From a virus: a DNA stretch of 19,273 bases. The notes under the pieces were generated by a model. It made no database searches and was not told where the DNA came from. It worked only from the letters and a program-made list of their open reading frames with translations. The stretch lies in the UHGV virus genome UHGV-0105037; one strand, written 5' to 3'. How positions within the stretch are numbered: position 1 is the first letter of the stretch; each line of letters starts with the position of its first letter. Position numbers and translations under genes: made by a program. This document shows positions 14,877-19,273 of the stretch, piece after piece.

Positions 14877-17316
14877 CAATGTAAAATTACAGGTATTGCT
14901 AAGGGCTGTTGACCAGGCATCCCGTCCGTTTAAATCCATCCGCACAGCGAGCAAATCGCTGTCGGGGGATATCCGGGAAACACAAAAATCACTGCGCGAG
15001 CTGAACGGTCAGGCATCCCGTATTGAGGGATTCCGCAAGACCAGTGCACAGCTCGCCGTGACTGGTCATGCACTTGAAAAGGCACGGCAGGAGGCCGAAG
15101 CCCTTGCCACACAGTTTAAAAACACCGAACGTCCGACCCGTGGTCAGGCGAAAGTGCTGGAATCCGCAAAGCGTGCGGCGGAGGACTTACAGGCGAAATA
15201 TAACCGCCTGACAGATTCCGTTAAACGCCAGCAGCGGGAACTGGCCGCTGTGGGAATTAATACCCGCAATCTTGCACATGATGAGCAGGGACTGAAAAAC
15301 CGTATCAGTGAAACCACCGCACAGCTTAACCGTCAGCGCGACGCGCTGGCGCGTGTCAGTGCGCAACAGGCAAAACTTAACGCAGTCAAACAGCGTTATC
15401 AGGCCGGAAAGGAACTGGCCGGAAATATGGCCTCAGTAGGCGCTGCCGGTGTGGGGATTGCGGCGGCGGGAACGATGACCGGAGTTAAGTTGCTGATGCC
15501 CGGTTATGAGTTTGCGCAGAAAAACTCAGAATTGCAGGCCGTGCTCGGAGTGGCAAAAGACTCCGCCGAAATGACCGCACTACGCAAACAGGCGCGCCAG
15601 CTCGGCGACAATACCGCCGCCTCGGCGGATGATGCGGCCGGTGCACAGATAATCATCGCGAAAGCGGGTGGGGATGTTGATGCCATTCAGGCGGCAACGC
15701 CGGTCACGCTGAATATGGCGCTGGCGAACCGCCGCACGATGGAAGAAAACGCCGCCCTGCTGATGGGGATGAAATCCGCCTTTCAGCTTTCAAACGATAA
15801 GGTCGCTCATATCGGGGATGTTCTCTCCATGACGATGAACAAAACCGCCGCCGATTTTGACGGCATGAGCGATGCGCTGACCTATGCCGCACCTGTGGCA
15901 AAAAATGCCGGTGTCAGCATTGAAGAAACTGCCGCAATGGTCGGGGCGCTGCATGATGCAAAAATCACAGGCTCAATGGCGGGGACGGGAAGCCGTGCCG
16001 TGTTAAGCCGCCTGCAGGCACCGACGGGAAAAGCATGGGATGCACTCAAAGAGCTTGGAGTGAAAACCTCAGACAGCAAGGGAAACACCCGGCCAATATT
16101 TACCATTCTGAAAGAAATGCAGGCCAGTTTTGAGAAAAACCGGCTCGGTACTGCCCAGCAGGCTGAATACATGAAAACTATTTTCGGGGAGGAGGCCAGC
16201 TCAGCCGCCGCCGTGCTGATGACTGCCGCCTCAACCGGAAAGCTGGACAAACTGACCGCTGCGTTTAAAGCCTCAGACGGGAAGACCGCCGAGCTGGTAA
16301 ATATCATGCAGGACAACCTAGGCGGTGACTTTAAAGAGTTTCAGTCCGCTTATGAGGCAGTGGGGACTGACCTGTTTGACCAGCAGGAAGGCGCGCTGCG
16401 TAAGCTCACGCAGACGGCCACAAAGTATGTGTTAAAACTCGACGGCTGGATCCAGAAAAACAAATCACTGGCGTCAACCATCGGCATCATTGCCGGTGGC
16501 GCGCTGGCGCTGACTGGCATCATCGGTGCCATTGGCCTCGTAGCCTGGCCGGTTATCACCGGCATCAATGCCATCATCGCGGCAGCAGGCGCAATGGGGG
16601 CAGTCTTCACGACGGTTGGCAGTGCTGTTATGACCGCCATCGGGGCTATTAGCTGGCCGGTTGTGGCCGTGGTGGCCGCAATTGTCGCCGGGGCGTTGCT
16701 TATCCGTAAATACTGGGAGCCTGTCAGCGCATTCTTTGGCGGTGTGGTTGAAGGGCTGAAAGTGGCATTTGCGCCGGTGGGGGAACTGTTCACGCCACTT
16801 AAGCCGGTGTTTGACTGGCTGGGCGAAAAGTTACAGGCCGCGTGGCAGTGGTTTAAAAACCTGATTGCCCCGGTCAAAGCCACCCAGGACACCCTGAACC
16901 GTTGCCGTGATACTGGCGTCATGTTCGGGCAGGCACTGGCTGACGCGCTGATGCTGCCGCTTAATGCGTTCAACAAACTGCGCAGCGGTATTGACTGGGT
17001 ACTGGAAAAACTCGGCGTCATCAACAAAGAGTCTGACGCACTTGACCAGACTGCCGCCAGAACTCATGCCGCCACGTATGGCACAGGTGGTTATATTCCG
17101 GCGACCAGCTCTTATGCAGGCTATCAGGCTTACCAGCCGGTCACGGCACCGGCTGGTCGCTCTTATGTGGACCAGAGTAAAAACGAATATCACATCAACC
17201 TGACGGGCGGTACTGCGCCGGGGACACAGCTTGACCGCCAGTTACAGGATGCGCTCGAAAAATACGAGCGGGATAAACGTGCGCGCGCCCGTGCCAGCAT
17301 GATGCATGACGGTTAA
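14869..17316 (+). CDS. T: Tail tape measure protein T (815 aa)
   Basis: Long ORF with a coiled-coil-rich N-terminal half and a Gly/Ala-rich hydrophobic segment (IIAGGALALTGIIGAIGLVAWPVITGINAIIAAAGAMG). Follows E/E' as in all long-tailed phages. Confidence 0.9.
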   Translation: MSNNVKLQVLLRAVDQASRPFKSIRTASKSLSGDIRETQKSLRELNGQASRIEGFRKTSAQLAVTGHALEKARQEAEALATQFKNTERPTRGQAKVLESAKRAAEDLQAKYNRLTDSVKRQQRELAAVGINTRNLAHDEQGLKNRISETTAQLNRQRDALARVSAQQAKLNAVKQRYQAGKELAGNMASVGAAGVGIAAAGTMTGVKLLMPGYEFAQKNSELQAVLGVAKDSAEMTALRKQARQLGDNTAASADDAAGAQIIIAKAGGDVDAIQAATPVTLNMALANRRTMEENAALLMGMKSAFQLSNDKVAHIGDVLSMTMNKTAADFDGMSDALTYAAPVAKNAGVSIEETAAMVGALHDAKITGSMAGTGSRAVLSRLQAPTGKAWDALKELGVKTSDSKGNTRPIFTILKEMQASFEKNRLGTAQQAEYMKTIFGEEASSAAAVLMTAASTGKLDKLTAAFKASDGKTAELVNIMQDNLGGDFKEFQSAYEAVGTDLFDQQEGALRKLTQTATKYVLKLDGWIQKNKSLASTIGIIAGGALALTGIIGAIGLVAWPVITGINAIIAAAGAMGAVFTTVGSAVMTAIGAISWPVVAVVAAIVAGALLIRKYWEPVSAFFGGVVEGLKVAFAPVGELFTPLKPVFDWLGEKLQAAWQWFKNLIAPVKATQDTLNRCRDTGVMFGQALADALMLPLNAFNKLRSGIDWVLEKLGVINKESDALDQTAARTHAATYGTGGYIPATSSYAGYQAYQPVTAPAGRSYVDQSKNEYHINLTGGTAPGTQLDRQLQDALEKYERDKRARARASMMHDG

Positions 17317-17330
17317 GGAGGTAACGAAAA

Positions 17331-17810
17331 ATGATGCTCGCGTTAGGTATGTTTGTTTTTATGCGCCAGACGCTGCCACACCAGACCATGCAGCGTGAAT
17401 CAGATTATCGCTGGCCGTCAAATTCCCGTATCGGCAAACGGGATGCCTTTCAGTTTCTCGGTACGGGTGAGGAAAACATCACGCTTGCCGGTGTGCTTTA
17501 TCCTGAACTGACCGGCGGAAAGCTGACGATGACCACGCTCAGACTGATGGCAGAGGAAGGCCGGGCGTGGCCGTTGCTGGATGGCACCGGCATGATTTAC
17601 GGCATGTATGTCATCAGCAAGGTGAGTGAAACAGGGAGTATTTTCTTTGCAGACGGCACACCCCGGAAAATTGATTTTACGCTGTCACTCACCCGCGTTG
17701 ATGAATCACTGGCCGCGCTTTATGGCGATATCGGTAAACAGGCGGAATCGCTCATCGGTAAGGCTGGCAGTATGGCGACCAGATTCACGGGTATGACGGG
17801 GGCGGGATAA
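17331..17810 (+). CDS. U: Tail protein U (159 aa)
   Basis: ORF with strong RBS (taaggaggtaacgaaaa ATG); P2 gene order T-U-D. Confidence 0.85.
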   Translation: MMLALGMFVFMRQTLPHQTMQRESDYRWPSNSRIGKRDAFQFLGTGEENITLAGVLYPELTGGKLTMTTLRLMAEEGRAWPLLDGTGMIYGMYVISKVSETGSIFFADGTPRKIDFTLSLTRVDESLAALYGDIGKQAESLIGKAGSMATRFTGMTGAG

Positions 17811-18973
17811 TGCTGGATACGCTGACATTTGATGCAGGCAGTACGCTGACGCCGGATTACATGCTGATGCTCGACAGCAGGGATATTACCGGCAATATCA
17901 GCGACCGTCTGATGAGCATGACTCTGACGGATAACCGGGGCTTTGAGGCTGACCAGCTTGATATTGAACTGAACGATGCCGACGGGCAGGTCGGACTGCC
18001 GGTTCGTGGCGCTGTCCTGACGGTGTATATCGGCTGGAAAGGTTTTGCCTTGGTATGCAAAGGGAAATTTACCGTTGATGAGGTTGAACACCGGGGCGCG
18101 CCGGATGTGGTCACCATCCGCGCCCGGAGTGCAGATTTCCGCGGGACGCTCAATTCCCGCCGTGAAGGTTCATGGCATGACACCACGCTCGGTGCGATTG
18201 TTGAGGCGATAGCCTCCCGTAACAGGCTGGAAGCCAGTGTCGCTCCGTCACTGGCCGGAATTAAAATCCCGCACATCGACCAGTCGCAGGAGTCTGATGC
18301 GAAATTCCTGACCCGTCTTGCAGAACGCAACGGCGGTGAGGTGTCGGTAAAAATGGGAAAACTGTTGTTTCTCAAAGCGGGGCAGGGGGTGACGGCCAGC
18401 GGTAAAAAAATCCCGCAGGTCACCATAACCCGCAGCGACGGCGACCGCCATCATTTTGCGATTGCTGACCGTGGAGCCTATACCGGTGTAACGGCAAAGT
18501 GGTTACACACCAAAGACCCGAAACCGCAAAAGCAGAAGGTAAAACTGAAACGCAAAAAGAAAGAGAAACACCTGCGCGCACTGGAGCACCCGAAAGCGAA
18601 ACCAGTCACGCAGAAGAAAGCGCCAAAAGTACCGGAAGCGCGCGAAGGTGAATACATGGCTGGTGAGGCTGACAATGTTTTTGCCCTGACCACGGTATAT
18701 GCCACGAAAGCACAGGCCATGCGTGCCGCTCAGGCGAAGTGGGATAAGCTGCAACGGGGTGTAGCGGAGTTCTCCATCATCCTGGCTACCGGTCGTGCAG
18801 ATATTTACACGGAAACGCCGGTCAAAGTGTCAGGCTTTAAGCGCGTCATAGACGAGCAGGACTGGACAATCACTAAGGTGACACATTTTCTGAATAATAG
18901 CGGCTTCACGACGTCCTTGGAGCTTGAGGTCAGGCTTTCTGATGTGGAGTACGAAACAGAAGATGATGAGTGA
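17810..18973 (+). CDS. D: Tail protein D (387 aa)
   Basis: Start ATG overlaps the U stop (TAATG); has a Lys-rich basic stretch (KPQKQKVKLKRKKKEKHLR). Size and position match P2 D. Confidence 0.85.
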   Translation: MLDTLTFDAGSTLTPDYMLMLDSRDITGNISDRLMSMTLTDNRGFEADQLDIELNDADGQVGLPVRGAVLTVYIGWKGFALVCKGKFTVDEVEHRGAPDVVTIRARSADFRGTLNSRREGSWHDTTLGAIVEAIASRNRLEASVAPSLAGIKIPHIDQSQESDAKFLTRLAERNGGEVSVKMGKLLFLKAGQGVTASGKKIPQVTITRSDGDRHHFAIADRGAYTGVTAKWLHTKDPKPQKQKVKLKRKKKEKHLRALEHPKAKPVTQKKAPKVPEAREGEYMAGEADNVFALTTVYATKAQAMRAAQAKWDKLQRGVAEFSIILATGRADIYTETPVKVSGFKRVIDEQDWTITKVTHFLNNSGFTTSLELEVRLSDVEYETEDDE

Positions 18974-19054
18974 TGTGTTTTATTTATGTATTTGTTTTAT
19001 ATGTATAAATTAACTAAAATGGCACCATCAACAAAATCGGAAGAGGTGCTCGCG

Positions 19055-19273
19055 ATGTTTCATTGTCCTTTATGCCAGCATGCCGCACATGCGCGTACAA
19101 GCCGCTATATCACTGACACGACAAAAGAGCGTTATCACCAGTGTCAGAACGTGAATTGCAGCGCCACGTTCATCACTTATGAGTCGGTACAGAGATACAT
19201 CGTGAAGCCGGGAGAAGTCCACGCCGTAAGGCCGCACCCGTTGCCGTCAGGGCAGCAAATTATGTGGATGTAA
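19055..19273 (+). CDS. ogr: Late gene transcriptional activator Ogr (zinc finger, 72 aa)
   Basis: The ORF begins at 18986, but the internal ATG at 19055 has RBS aagagg and gives MFHCPLCQHAAHARTSRYITDTTKERYHQCQNVNCSATF..., with CxxC ... CxxxxC zinc-finger cysteines and the 72-aa length of P2 Ogr. The stop is the last codon of the window. Confidence 0.85.
   Translation: MFHCPLCQHAAHARTSRYITDTTKERYHQCQNVNCSATFITYESVQRYIVKPGEVHAVRPHPLPSGQQIMWM

Noticed and set aside
15504-17193. Minus-strand ORFs (60-225 aa) inside the tape measure gene T
   Set aside because: Antisense to the 815-aa T ORF; Ala/Ser/Pro-rich low-complexity translations typical of reverse-frame artefacts.
17720-18754. Minus-strand ORFs (68-189 aa) overlapping U and D
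   Set aside because: Antisense to well-supported tail genes; no start signals; composition-driven.
1-19273. Search for CRISPR arrays, tRNA/rRNA genes and IS/transposase genes
   Set aside because: No regularly spaced direct repeats, no tRNA-like cloverleaf candidates and no transposase-like ORFs were seen. The only recombinases are the integrase and the truncated invertase.

Overview
This window is a P2-family (Peduovirus-like) temperate phage genome in prophage order, with integrase at the left edge and ogr ending exactly at the right edge. All calls rest on reading the supplied ORF translations and sequence and comparing them with P2 from memory; no searches were run. Left to right: int and repressor C (minus strand), the Pe/Pc switch with two 8-bp direct-repeat operators, cox, B, orf80-83, and replication protein A. 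Next comes a visibly AT-rich three-gene cargo module (351-aa unknown protein, XRE-type HTH protein, C5 cytosine methyltransferase) where P2 carries orf91/tin/old. Then follow the cos site, Q portal and P large terminase (minus strand) and O scaffold. The capsid gene N is cut off after about 41 codons and joined out of frame to the 3' part of a serine DNA invertase gene. Tail sheath gene FI is truncated and joined out of frame to the 3' part of tail tube gene FII. E/E' (with a TTTTTTG slippery site), T, U, D and ogr appear intact. The element therefore looks like a defective prophage that has lost most head, tail-fibre, lysis and baseplate genes but kept its lysogeny/replication core and the cargo. 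The cargo, most simply a controller-regulated type II restriction-modification system whose 351-aa partner I do not recognise, is the best candidate for something new. No tRNA, rRNA, CRISPR array or transposase was recognised.
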